A DNA stretch of 12,926 bases from an archaeon (GCA_024276825.1 JAJRWI010000022.1:1-12926); one strand, 5' to 3'. Numbered from the stretch's first letter, positions 1-9,081 are shown. The notes: a model not told the origin generated them from the letters alone. Numbers and translations are program-made.

Positions 1-1
1 C

Positions 2-808
2 CCGTTCTTTAATCATGGCACGGTCCACACAAGACGAGAACAGCTAGCGGCCTATTTGGATCACCGGGGAGTCCATCTGGCAAGGGCATTTGTTTCTGGT
101 TCGATGAGAAATCGGAGGGCACTCCTTCAATATTTCGCCAAGAATCGTCAGCAAAGCAGTCCAGATGTTTCAAAGCAACTGGAATCTCATGTGAAAAGCA
201 TCAGACAGATTGAGAGCGAGTTCAATGCATGGACTCCTAGCAGTGGATTACTTGACCGTGTCAGAGCTGAGATAATGGGCTTTGAGGCCCAAGCTGCAAA
301 GGTCTATTTTGCGGGACTGAAGGAAATTATTCCTGAGAAGTTCAACTTTGATGGTCGTGAGAAAAGACCTCCAAAAGATCCTGTCAATTCGCTATTGTCT
401 TACGGTTATACTCTGCTCTACAGCCGAGTGTTTACAGCAATTGCAGCTTGCGGACTGGAACCATTTGCAGGATTTCTTCATGCGGACCGATCAGGAAAGC
501 CATCTCTAGTTCTGGACATGGTCGAAGAGTTCAGGCAGGTGGCTGTTGACAGACTAGTGATTCGAATGTTGATGTTGAAGCAATTTACCCCAGAGGATTT
601 TGTAGTGGATGGAACGAGGATTATTATGACAGATGAGGCTCGTCGAAAGTTCTTGGGAGAACTGATTGAAGGCTTCAATTCCAACATTCGACATAAGGGG
701 AAGAAATTGATCTCATTGACTCAGGCGATGGTATATCAAGCTCGAAATCTCGTGCGATATTTGATAGGCAAGGAAAGGGAGTATAAGCCATATGTCTTCA
801 GGTGGTGA
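2..808 (+). CDS. cas1: CRISPR-associated integrase Cas1 (5' end outside the window)
   Basis: Frame is open from nt 2 (PFFNHGTVHTRREQLAAYLD...), so the TTG at 56 is not the true start. Cas1 motifs: MGFEAQAAKVYF, FDGREKRPPKDPVNSLLSYGYTLLY, GLEPFAGFLH, SLVLDMVEEFR (catalytic E/H/D present). Confidence 0.97.
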   Translation, partial: PFFNHGTVHTRREQLAAYLDHRGVHLARAFVSGSMRNRRALLQYFAKNRQQSSPDVSKQLESHVKSIRQIESEFNAWTPSSGLLDRVRAEIMGFEAQAAKVYFAGLKEIIPEKFNFDGREKRPPKDPVNSLLSYGYTLLYSRVFTAIAACGLEPFAGFLHADRSGKPSLVLDMVEEFRQVAVDRLVIRMLMLKQFTPEDFVVDGTRIIMTDEARRKFLGELIEGFNSNIRHKGKKLISLTQAMVYQARNLVRYLIGKEREYKPYVFRW

Positions 809-811
809 AGG

Positions 812-1102
812 ATGCAGCAAATTATTGTTTATGATATAGAAGATGATGCCTTGCGGACGAAGGTGAGCAATCTGCTGCAAGATTATGGTTTTGAGCGCGT
901 GCAGTTTAGTGTGTTCATTGGTTCAAGAACACAGAATGTTCTAAAGATGCTGGAGATCGAGATCAAAGATCTGATTGGAAAAAAGAAAGCGGATGTTAGA
1001 TTCTATCAGCAATGCGACAGATGCGTTGGAAAGACGATGATAGTATCAATAATTAGCAATACAGAATCTGCAGAGGTGATGTTCCCATGTCAAGGTCAAT
1101 AG
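812..1102 (+). CDS. cas2: CRISPR-associated protein Cas2
   Basis: 96 aa; IIVYDIEDD...R.KV..LL.DYGFERVQFSVF signature; C-terminal CxxC (CDRC); starts 3 nt after cas1 with SD-like AGGTGGTGA at 800-808. Confidence 0.97.
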   Translation: MQQIIVYDIEDDALRTKVSNLLQDYGFERVQFSVFIGSRTQNVLKMLEIEIKDLIGKKKADVRFYQQCDRCVGKTMIVSIISNTESAEVMFPCQGQ

Positions 1103-1689
1103 CTGTTAGGTCCTGTAAGGGGCCATTGCCAATGTTCAGTGTTGAGGACGTCAGGCAGTTTGTTTACTGCCCTAGGATAATCTACTTTCGCTACGTTCTT
1201 CGAAATATTCCTCAGGTATCAATCAAGATGAGAAAGGGATCCAAAAAACATGACCAATGGCGAAAGCGTCAGATCCAGCGCGGTGAGAGTTCAGACATAT
1301 TCTTTGGCCTCTTTTTCAAGTGTGAAGAGATTGGCTTGTGTGGACTACTAGATGCAGTCGAGTATGACGGTGAAACAGCAACACCTATCGAATTAAAAAC
1401 AGGCACTCATTTTAAGAATGATGTTTCTGCCCATCATCGTGCCCAAGTTATTGCTCAATGTGTCCTGCTTGAGTCCTGTCTGAATGTTAGAGTAAAGCAG
1501 GGCATTGTGATTTATTCGTCATCACGAGAACAACTCAAAGTAGACATTGGTGAAGAAGAAAGAGCGTGGCTGGAAAAGACTCTGTCAAGAATGCGTGATA
1601 TTGTCTTCTATGAGGAACTTCCCAGAGTATGCGAGTCAGAGGCAAAATGTGTGGACTGTGAATATTGGATGTGGTGCTTCCGTGTTTAA
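1087..1689 (+). CDS. cas4: CRISPR-associated exonuclease Cas4 (RecB-like, Fe-S cluster)
   Basis: QFVYCPRIIYF (first Cys), GLLDAVE and PIELK (RecB motifs), QVIAQ, C-terminal CVDCEYWMWC (three Cys). SD GAGGTGAT at 1073-1080 supports ATG 1087; alternative ATG at 1132. Confidence 0.95.
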   Translation: MSRSIAVRSCKGPLPMFSVEDVRQFVYCPRIIYFRYVLRNIPQVSIKMRKGSKKHDQWRKRQIQRGESSDIFFGLFFKCEEIGLCGLLDAVEYDGETATPIELKTGTHFKNDVSAHHRAQVIAQCVLLESCLNVRVKQGIVIYSSSREQLKVDIGEEERAWLEKTLSRMRDIVFYEELPRVCESEAKCVDCEYWMWCFRV

Positions 1690-1706
1690 ATACCAATTCA
1701 ATCAAG

Positions 1707-2591
1707 TCATTCAGAGGCAGATAATGATCTTTCAAAAGACCTTGTGTTTACCGCACCGAATCCAAAAGATCGCTTTGCCCCCACTCCCGAAAACTTTGCA
1801 AATCTTGTCAACAGGTTGACAATGTTGGCTAGGTCTTTTGATGCCTCTTTGGCAACCTTGTATCTTGTTCTACCAACAAAACCGGAGATAGGAATATGCC
1901 CTTTGATCCTTGCAGCTGCTGTTCTTATTGCATGCTGAGTCACGCACACATTTGATTTCAGGTTCTCCATGAACTTGTCCAACTCAATATGCAATTCATC
2001 TGGAGCAAATTTATTCCACAAGCTCGCAAGGCCTCCATACAAATATGTGGGCAGTGGAAACAGCATTGGAAATGATTCAGAGCGTATCTCAAATTTCGTG
2101 GGTGAGAGAAACTTGAACTCGTGAATTCTTGCACCAGTGCTATTTCTAATAATATCAACAAAGCTCATACTTTCAAAACGCATCCCCACAACCTTCAGAT
2201 TGACTTCTCCAATTCTGAGTGAACTTGACCAGTTATTGAAGATTCCTTCCATTATCCTTCTATTAACATCAAGTGACAGACTACATAGTCTAAAAGTCAT
2301 AATGAACCCTGGACGTATCTCCCATAATAATTCACGTTGATCGGACCTGAAGGGTAGCCTTATTGGAGCTACTGAATAGGGTCTACTTTTCTTTCCATCA
2401 TGCAATACTGAAACCAGTTCAGGATCATTCTTTGAAATCATGTGAAGAAGAGCTCCACGAATCAGATGTCCAGTGAAGTAATTGACTCTCCCGCTCTCCT
2501 CTGCAACAGCATCGACTTCAATCATCAATAAATCCTTGGGGGCAATACTTGGTATGTTCTCACTCACAAATCTTGGTACCATTTTCATCAC
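1707..2591 (-). CDS. cas6: CRISPR pre-crRNA processing endoribonuclease Cas6
   Basis: C-terminal G-rich loop FSGVGAKRSFGFG; N-terminal GHLIRGALL...LHD...RPYS; FLSPTKF, PLP and GFVG RAMP motifs. Start could be GTG 2591, ATG 2588 or ATG 2582 (GGAG at 2594-2591 favours the last). Confidence 0.95.
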   Translation of the reverse strand: MMKMVPRFVSENIPSIAPKDLLMIEVDAVAEESGRVNYFTGHLIRGALLHMISKNDPELVSVLHDGKKSRPYSVAPIRLPFRSDQRELLWEIRPGFIMTFRLCSLSLDVNRRIMEGIFNNWSSSLRIGEVNLKVVGMRFESMSFVDIIRNSTGARIHEFKFLSPTKFEIRSESFPMLFPLPTYLYGGLASLWNKFAPDELHIELDKFMENLKSNVCVTQHAIRTAAARIKGHIPISGFVGRTRYKVAKEASKDLANIVNLLTRFAKFSGVGAKRSFGFGAVNTRSFERSLSASE

Positions 2592-4687
2592 TCCTTATTC
2601 ATACTGATATATCGGGCTAATGCAACCAAACCACTTCCATCGAAGTATACCCTGGCCCCATTAGTGCTCTCTGCTACTGGATAACTCTCAAGACCCCACC
2701 CAAGACTTCTATGAGTGTCGTAATCAACAATCACATACATTCTATCAATGAAAAGACTGTTCAGTTCATCTACTCCTTCTTCATTGAGTGCAAGACCTAT
2801 TGGTGCACCAAGAAATTCGTCCTCATTAATTCCAACGAGGGGCCTGAACTGTCGCTCTTTGGGAAGATCAAACGAACAACTCATTTTAACATAACGCGAT
2901 TTAGTATTCATGTATTGGTATACATCCATTACACAGACCTTTCTTCCAGCGGAGTAGTGTATTCGGTACTCATCAATCAATGAGTTCATTGTATCTTTCG
3001 CAGTAGTATCGGTAATATTCTTTTGAAGCGCATAAAATGGGCGAAGTGCATCTTTTGGATCAGTTCCACGAATCTTGAATTTGGCAGCTCGACGAAGTAT
3101 TCTTGTAATCGGTGCAAAGTAGGCAGGGAAAAAGCCCTTCCGTTTGGCAGAATAATCGAGTACAAGTGCTTGTGGTTCTGAATTTCTAAGAGTTATGAAT
3201 TGTCCAGCAGCCTTTCGAATGAGTTCTTTCCATTCATCAATATCACTCAGATCATTTGCATCACCAAAAACTTTTGCAAAATATTTGTTTATTGATTCAG
3301 CACTCGCATGTGAGCTTGCTGCTGGTGTTGCTTCGATTAGTCTAATCAACTCATTGATCATTAATTGAGTTTCTAACTTTGCGATGGATGAGTCTAAATA
3401 CCATAACCCTGGGTCCTGCTCTCCATAAGCTGTCCTAATTAGCCCATTGAACTCGTCCCTTGAATTTATGGAATCAACATACTTCTTGAAATAATTGAAG
3501 ACATAGACCGGTGCAAACAGTATCGCTTGTCCCTCTCTATGACGCCCAACTCTACCTAGACGTTGTAGAGCTGAGGATGCATTCCATGCCTCAAACAATA
3601 GATGGCTTGTGTCAAAATCAATGCCAACTTCTATAGAACTTGTACCAACGAGAACTAATGCACCCGACCGATTACGACGCAAGGGTTGTGGAATGAGGCC
3701 ATGACTCTCTTTGATCTCAGATTCGTCAAAATCACCCATGAGCATCTCGGTCAATGCTCTTGCACTAATAACAGAATTGAGGATAACACAGGCTGGAATA
3801 TAGTCGTCATTAGGATTGTTTGCACGTAGCTCCCCTAGCTCCTCCCTCAGAGATACGAGGTGGTCTTTCATTTGAAGTAGATCTGCATCATCTTGTGGAC
3901 GAATCTCTATCTTGACATTATGAACTACAGTCATTCCTTGATCTTCAGACATGCATTGAATTGGATTTGGCCGTTTCATGTCACTAGCATGGACAATTCT
4001 CTTGAGATACTCCTGAATTCCCTTATGTGGCGTTGCTGTCATTAACAGGATTTGGTCGAACAGGTTAATGTATCTGGCAAGGGCAATATCGAAATATAAT
4101 GAAGATAGCTCGCGTTTCTCATATGAGTGAAACTCGTCAATAACCAGAGTCCTGTAATTACTCAGCGCCGCAAGAATCTCTGCTGCCCGTTTCCCATACC
4201 TCCTCTTACCCCCGTATCGCATTCGTATCATTAGGTGGAGTGTGTCAGGATTTGTAAGAACAAACTTCGTTCGCCCATCTACTCGTGGATATAACGCCCT
4301 CCTCAGAGCCGATGATTTTGAACTCAGCTCTTTCTCTTTAATCAGCCTAAGAAGATCTGCAGCGTGTACTGTAACAACTTCAGGCTCTTCTAATCCTGCC
4401 ACTTTACATATCTTTTTGATGCTCCTGACTTGATTCTCAATCAATTCGTTGGTCGGATAAACAAACAGTGCGGTTCTTGCTGCCCCGTCTAATGCAGCAA
4501 GAGTGGCTACCGCGGTCTTTCCCATGCCTGTTCCAGCGTACACTTCTAAAAGACAGGACTCACTCTTCTTAATCTCGTCCAAAGCTTGTGCTTGGTATTG
4601 GTAGAGATCAAGATTTCCAATTATGTGTCCTGATTGTCCGAGTCTAACAGGCGGGATGTTATAATTGACCTGGTCATCATCACTCAT
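2588..4687 (-). CDS. cas3: Type I-D Cas3' SF2 helicase (no HD domain)
   Basis: Q-motif YQYQAQAL, Walker A AGTGMGKT, YPTNELIENQ, LTNPD, DEFH, MTATP, ILNSV, GTSSIEVGIDF, QRLGRVGRH. The helicase starts almost at the N-terminus, leaving no room for an HD domain, as expected for I-D. Confidence 0.93.
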   Translation of the reverse strand: MSDDDQVNYNIPPVRLGQSGHIIGNLDLYQYQAQALDEIKKSESCLLEVYAGTGMGKTAVATLAALDGAARTALFVYPTNELIENQVRSIKKICKVAGLEEPEVVTVHAADLLRLIKEKELSSKSSALRRALYPRVDGRTKFVLTNPDTLHLMIRMRYGGKRRYGKRAAEILAALSNYRTLVIDEFHSYEKRELSSLYFDIALARYINLFDQILLMTATPHKGIQEYLKRIVHASDMKRPNPIQCMSEDQGMTVVHNVKIEIRPQDDADLLQMKDHLVSLREELGELRANNPNDDYIPACVILNSVISARALTEMLMGDFDESEIKESHGLIPQPLRRNRSGALVLVGTSSIEVGIDFDTSHLLFEAWNASSALQRLGRVGRHREGQAILFAPVYVFNYFKKYVDSINSRDEFNGLIRTAYGEQDPGLWYLDSSIAKLETQLMINELIRLIEATPAASSHASAESINKYFAKVFGDANDLSDIDEWKELIRKAAGQFITLRNSEPQALVLDYSAKRKGFFPAYFAPITRILRRAAKFKIRGTDPKDALRPFYALQKNITDTTAKDTMNSLIDEYRIHYSAGRKVCVMDVYQYMNTKSRYVKMSCSFDLPKERQFRPLVGINEDEFLGAPIGLALNEEGVDELNSLFIDRMYVIVDYDTHRSLGWGLESYPVAESTNGARVYFDGSGLVALARYISMNKE

Positions 4688-5384
4688 TCAGGTTCCCTCG
4701 CAGATGCTTGGGCATTGGAACAAAGAGTTCAGTTCCATCATCTTCTAAAACATAGTATGGTGCTTTCACTGTCATCCTTCTTGCAATGGGCGATGGAAAC
4801 ATCAATACAATATCTGCAGACTCAATGATGTCACTGGGGGATAGATCTAACACATTGAAAAAGAAGTTCACATCAATCAAGTCTTCTGGGTCATCAATTT
4901 TCCCCACCAGCTTCAGTCTGGTCGCTTTTACTTGGGCTATGCATGACTTTTTACCAATTCGAATATATGGGGGCATTCTCTCGCCAGTGGAAAAGACCAA
5001 GAACTCAAACTTAGTAGAATAGGGTGTCACCTTACGATTACGTCCCAATGAGGGGATATTAAAACTGGATTGTGTCAAATTAGTTCTGGAACAGACCGAG
5101 TTATACGTATGCGTCACGAATTTCGGGTCTGTCAGTGGTCTTGCTGGTGTGGCATAGTTCTCAAACTTGTAAAGTTCCTCATATCTTGGACTGGTTCCTA
5201 GGAAGCCTGTGTTAAACTGCTTTGCCAAGGCATAGGTCAGGGCATAATTATGAATCACTGGCTGCATTTGTGTGAATGTGTTGAACTCATACGACACGAA
5301 GAATAGGAAGTCCTCGGGTATGAGTTCACATCTGTACACTGCCTTGATCAAGCCTATCACCTGGTCTTTCTGGTCATTTGCCAT
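4680..5384 (-). CDS. cas5: Type I-D Cas5 (Csc1/Cas5d)
   Basis: YRCEL...DFLFFVSYE, IHNYALTYAL, YATPARP, PPYIRIGKK match the Csc1 pattern. The ORF-track start (5516) overlaps cas7 by 143 nt and is rejected. Real start is ATG 5384, or TTG 5351 (preceded by AGGTGA at 5362-5357). Confidence 0.9.
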   Translation of the reverse strand: MANDQKDQVIGLIKAVYRCELIPEDFLFFVSYEFNTFTQMQPVIHNYALTYALAKQFNTGFLGTSPRYEELYKFENYATPARPLTDPKFVTHTYNSVCSRTNLTQSSFNIPSLGRNRKVTPYSTKFEFLVFSTGERMPPYIRIGKKSCIAQVKATRLKLVGKIDDPEDLIDVNFFFNVLDLSPSDIIESADIVLMFPSPIARRMTVKAPYYVLEDDGTELFVPMPKHLRGNLNE

Positions 5385-6321
5385 TGAGGATTTTTTCCCT
5401 GAATGATGCTGCATCAGTGTACATTTTCTCAATCCACTTCTTGGTTGGCTTCGCCTTTCGCAACTGCTGCTCAAGAGCAATGACTTCATCCTTGGAAAGG
5501 ACTTTGTTGTTCCCATCCCTAATCATTGCGAGTATTCCATTATGAGTTGCCTCGAGGATATTGTCGTAAGTAAGAATTGGATTCTCTTTTTCTTCAACTA
5601 GTTCTTCATAGATGTCCATAGTTAGCCTGAGAGCTGAGAATTGCTCTGAGTCAGAGAACACAAGGCTGAGAATCTTGTTCTCTATGACCCCCATCCCACG
5701 TGTTTCTGCACCGTATCTAGTCGTATTGAGCATAGAATACAGATAGAACTTTAGCTCATCCAATGTTGGTGCCAATAGGGTCACTACTGAGATGAAATGG
5801 GTGTCTGGCTTGACCAGCTCTCGCTCACCTAATGCCTGCCCTGTTTTTGTGGTCTTTTCATTGACTGCATTGAATGTGATGCTCTCTACAACATCTTCAA
5901 ATGGCAATATCGAGAATGCGGTCTGATATAGAAGCCGACTCTTTATTGAGATCTCTCCAGCACCCTTTTCTGCTTTAATCCCGCCATTTAATGCACACAC
6001 TGGACATTTCAAGCATAATTCATCCTTCAAATAGCATTCATCTGCTTCAGGCATGATGTCACGAATGATCTGTGATTCATGACGTCGCTCAACAGCCTTT
6101 TGTTTTGAGGCAAGAATCAAAGCACGATCGATTATCTTATTGGCTTTCTTTGAGGCAGGTGTAGCAACACTGTTTGTATACTTGTCAGCCTCCGTCCTGA
6201 ATGCCGCATAATCGAGTGTGCGTCTCAAGATGGCAATGCTCACATATTTTGCTGGTGCAAGTGGTGTTGGTTTGTCGATAAACCACTCACTCTCCTGATC
6301 AAGTAGTTCTATTTTCATCAC
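5374..6321 (-). CDS. cas7: Type I-D Cas7 (Csc2) backbone subunit
   Basis: YVSIAILRRT, SKQKAVERR, Cys cluster CYLKDELCLKCPVCALNG, KSRLLYQTAFS, TRYGAET. SD GGAGGT at 6333-6328; start GTG 6321 or ATG 6318. Confidence 0.93.
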   Translation of the reverse strand: MMKIELLDQESEWFIDKPTPLAPAKYVSIAILRRTLDYAAFRTEADKYTNSVATPASKKANKIIDRALILASKQKAVERRHESQIIRDIMPEADECYLKDELCLKCPVCALNGGIKAEKGAGEISIKSRLLYQTAFSILPFEDVVESITFNAVNEKTTKTGQALGERELVKPDTHFISVVTLLAPTLDELKFYLYSMLNTTRYGAETRGMGVIENKILSLVFSDSEQFSALRLTMDIYEELVEEKENPILTYDNILEATHNGILAMIRDGNNKVLSKDEVIALEQQLRKAKPTKKWIEKMYTDAASFREKILNGK

Positions 6322-6705
6322 CTATTTACCTCCTTTTTTTGATTGAAATTTCTCATTGATTGAGATTAACCTCTTTAGATATACTGCGTAGCGTAAGTCA
6401 TCAAGGATCTTTTTACGACTCCTTGCACTCTCTTTCTCAAGTCTTTCAGCCAAATCTTTACAGACCTTGAGAATTGGTTCTGCCGCTTCAGAATACAGAT
6501 AATCTCCTTTGTTCAATTGTTGTAGCTGTCGATGAACTCGTCCAGCAATAGACTCTATCCTCTCAGAATCGAGAGTTGGAGTTTTTCTAAATTCTACATA
6601 TAGAGCATTTATCGGTCCTAGTATGGAATGCATGGATGATCCATACTTCTCAGGTCGATAATATTGCTCTAGGATATCCACTATTTCATCCACTAATGTT
6701 CCCAT
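6322..6705 (-). CDS. cas11d: Probable internally translated small subunit Cas11d (in frame within cas10d)
   Basis: AAGGAAGTGGAT-ATG-ATG inside cas10d: SD-like GGAAGTG at 6718-6712, ATGs at 6708 and 6705. The product would be the 127-128 aa helical C-terminus. Internal translation of Cas11d is established for I-D systems. Confidence 0.75.
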   Translation of the reverse strand: MGTLVDEIVDILEQYYRPEKYGSSMHSILGPINALYVEFRKTPTLDSERIESIAGRVHRQLQQLNKGDYLYSEAAEPILKVCKDLAERLEKESARSRKKILDDLRYAVYLKRLISINEKFQSKKGGK

Positions 6706-8982
6706 CATATCCACTTCCTTTAATCCTGTTAGAACCATTAATTCCTGCTCACTTAAGCGGGGATATTCACGTTTGAGAAGTATTCTTTGGGCTAACTGTC
6801 CTGGGTGAGTCGTCAATGCTTGCTGAATACCATTGCGTTTTGAGAGATCGGCAAACAATCGGGCACGCATTGCGAGTGCAATTTTCAGTCCGATTCGTGC
6901 TGCATCGTTAAAATCAACAACCCCTTTTCTAAGTCCTAAAGTCCTGAGAAGACTTCCATTTCCAGGAAAGATCACTGCACCATCTAATTCATTGACATCC
7001 ACCATGTCCAACCCTTCAATGATCTTTACCCTCACTTCGAGAATCAGACTCAATGTCAGTGCTTGCAATAGAATCATTGCTAGGCCTTCAGAATTAGCAA
7101 GACCGGTTCTGTCAGGGCTTGTACTCATAATCACATAATTGCCCATGATGTTGTCTGAAATTTTGAAAGGTTCGCGATCGGCTACACATAACTTTTCCAA
7201 TCGCTCCTTGATCTCAGCGGCGTGGTTTACTACCTCTCCACTCAAGAACATCTTTACAGACTTTTCAGGACTTCGATCCAGCCTTCTGAGATATATCGCC
7301 TTTTTTCTTAGACTCTCTGCTCTCTCCGCCGATATAGACACCTGAGGTACCAGAACATATCCATAGCCAATGGCACCTCTAAGAATTCCTTCAAGCAAAC
7401 ATAATTTACAGATGTTGATATTATCAAGGCGCGTAGTCCCAATTCCGACATTTACGAACTTCTTAGTTCCAGAACCCACGCCCGCAGCAATTGCCTTTGT
7501 TCCAAGTGCGGCAGATCCACATATGGGACACCTCACGTTGCCATCAATTGAACCCATCGCACTCTGCTTCGCACTCAAATATGTCTTATGAAATTGATCG
7601 GCCACTGCGTGAATTGGGCTAGGGCCCGCAGAATTTGACAGCTTGGCATTGATTAAGACTGGATGTCCCACATCGGTGATTAATTGTATTAGATAATCAT
7701 CAATCTCAATTGATTTGAGCGGGTCAAATTCATCACTTGAAAAATAGCTCATCATCTCTTTGACAAGTTGAAGATACCCCTTCTTTATTGATGTGAGCAC
7801 AGAATCTAATGGCATTGTCAGAAGGTCTCGTGAGGCGTGTCCTCCCAATTGGAGTGCTTTGGAAACCTTGTCAATCTCTCCATTCCAAAAGTCATAACTC
7901 ATTGGAAGCCCTATCTTGCCAAGATCCAGTCCGAGAATCTTTAACTCAAGAGTTGACAGCTCATCAGTTGCCTTTTGCTTCTCAGACTCGTCAATATCAA
8001 GCAGATTGATCTTCCTACGCAGCGCATCTTGAAGAGTTGAAATGAATCTCAGAAATATGGCACGTTTTTGTTCATCCGTTTTTTGTGGAAGAGAAGCTGT
8101 TCTTGATTCAGCATACTCTATGAAAACAGGCAGTGAGTCGAGTGCCACCAGACCCTCGTTTGCAATCATGGCCCGATTTATCTGCATTGCAGTAGAACTC
8201 TCAAGAAATGTCTTTTCTAAGAGAGCATTTTTTAGGAGAGTTCCAATTCGTTCTATTACTTGCTCCTTCAGACTGTTGATGTCAGGTCGCTCTCTTCCAA
8301 GAAATAGACAACCATTAGGAAATACAGCAAGCGTCTTGAGTCCATTTTCATTGTATGTTTCTTGCAATGCTTTATGCAGGATGTAAGTCAAGACTCCACG
8401 AATTTTTAGCAAAGAGTAGTACTCAAAATATATACTGAACTGCTCAAGAATTGGTTGGAAGTCTTCTGCTTTTGTTGCACGATACGCATCTTCGGGTGTA
8501 TTGGCAGAAGCAATCCAGTCTGCAAGTTTAGTGATGTCTCCCAGAAATATCAACGAGGAGGTCTCCCCTCCCCTACGTACCTGTTTTTCAGCCCTCAATG
8601 AAGATACTGTTTCTCCAATCCCTCGATGCGTGGCAATTACTACTGCAAACACATCGTTTATCAAAGAATCATCTGAAATCTCGCAAAGGCTCAAGAATTC
8701 ACCAATTTGGTCGTGTGTAGGGAGATGGGGTGGGGTCTTGCCTTTTTGGAGGCCTTCCTGAAACTCAGGAAACTCCTTACCCAGATCATGAAGAAATGCT
8801 GCTAGCATGAGGACCTTTCTCTGTGTGCGATCAAGGTCAAATGTATCCGCGATAGTCAATGCAATATCCATTACTGCTTGCGAATGGGCCAAAATTGTCT
8901 GACTTGGATGACTCTTCGCAAGCAGTTTGTGCCAGTTTCTGGTTCTTGCTGCTTTGACAAGGTCCTTCTCAGTGATCTTCAT
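6322..8982 (-). CDS. cas10d: Type I-D large subunit Cas10d (Csc3) with N-terminal HD nuclease
   Basis: 886 aa; Cas3-like HD domain (LAKS..QTILAHS, AFLHDLGK, IATH, KLADWIAS); Zn finger CPICG...CKLC; helical C-terminus with YYRP...SMHSILGP; lies directly upstream of csc2 and csc1. Confidence 0.9.
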   Translation of the reverse strand: MKITEKDLVKAARTRNWHKLLAKSHPSQTILAHSQAVMDIALTIADTFDLDRTQRKVLMLAAFLHDLGKEFPEFQEGLQKGKTPPHLPTHDQIGEFLSLCEISDDSLINDVFAVVIATHRGIGETVSSLRAEKQVRRGGETSSLIFLGDITKLADWIASANTPEDAYRATKAEDFQPILEQFSIYFEYYSLLKIRGVLTYILHKALQETYNENGLKTLAVFPNGCLFLGRERPDINSLKEQVIERIGTLLKNALLEKTFLESSTAMQINRAMIANEGLVALDSLPVFIEYAESRTASLPQKTDEQKRAIFLRFISTLQDALRRKINLLDIDESEKQKATDELSTLELKILGLDLGKIGLPMSYDFWNGEIDKVSKALQLGGHASRDLLTMPLDSVLTSIKKGYLQLVKEMMSYFSSDEFDPLKSIEIDDYLIQLITDVGHPVLINAKLSNSAGPSPIHAVADQFHKTYLSAKQSAMGSIDGNVRCPICGSAALGTKAIAAGVGSGTKKFVNVGIGTTRLDNINICKLCLLEGILRGAIGYGYVLVPQVSISAERAESLRKKAIYLRRLDRSPEKSVKMFLSGEVVNHAAEIKERLEKLCVADREPFKISDNIMGNYVIMSTSPDRTGLANSEGLAMILLQALTLSLILEVRVKIIEGLDMVDVNELDGAVIFPGNGSLLRTLGLRKGVVDFNDAARIGLKIALAMRARLFADLSKRNGIQQALTTHPGQLAQRILLKREYPRLSEQELMVLTGLKEVDMMGTLVDEIVDILEQYYRPEKYGSSMHSILGPINALYVEFRKTPTLDSERIESIAGRVHRQLQQLNKGDYLYSEAAEPILKVCKDLAERLEKESARSRKKILDDLRYAVYLKRLISINEKFQSKKGGK

Positions 8983-9005
8983 TTGAGAGTTTCATCTGGC
9001 CATTC

Positions 9006-9024
9006 ATATATAAGCCTTACTTAT
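9006..9024 (-). promoter_or_regulatory. Archaeal TATA box (and BRE) of the cas10d operon, probably a leaderless transcript
   Basis: Minus strand reads TAAGTAAGGC-TTATATAT; first T at 9013 is 31 nt upstream of the cas10d ATG; no SD precedes that ATG. Confidence 0.65.
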
Positions 9025-9081
9025 TGGTTAATTCTCAATATCAAAGTTTACAAATAGGGGGCCAATACGTCAACCTTAGAC

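Noticed and set aside
56-58. TTG start for cas1 given by the ORF track
   Set aside because: The frame is open to the window edge with Cas1-like sequence, so the gene starts upstream.
1690-1706. Possible repeat remnant or terminator between cas4 and cas6 (contains TTCAATC)
   Set aside because: Only 17 bp, the match to the repeat end is too short, and there is no hairpin or T-tract.
5385-5516. 44-aa N-terminal extension of cas5
   Set aside because: It overlaps cas7 in another frame, and the Csc1-like sequence begins only after 5384.
6322-8982. Type III Cas10 or a stand-alone Cas3 call
   Set aside because: No GGDD and no helicase motifs; the neighbours are Csc2, Csc1 and an HD-less Cas3', which define I-D.
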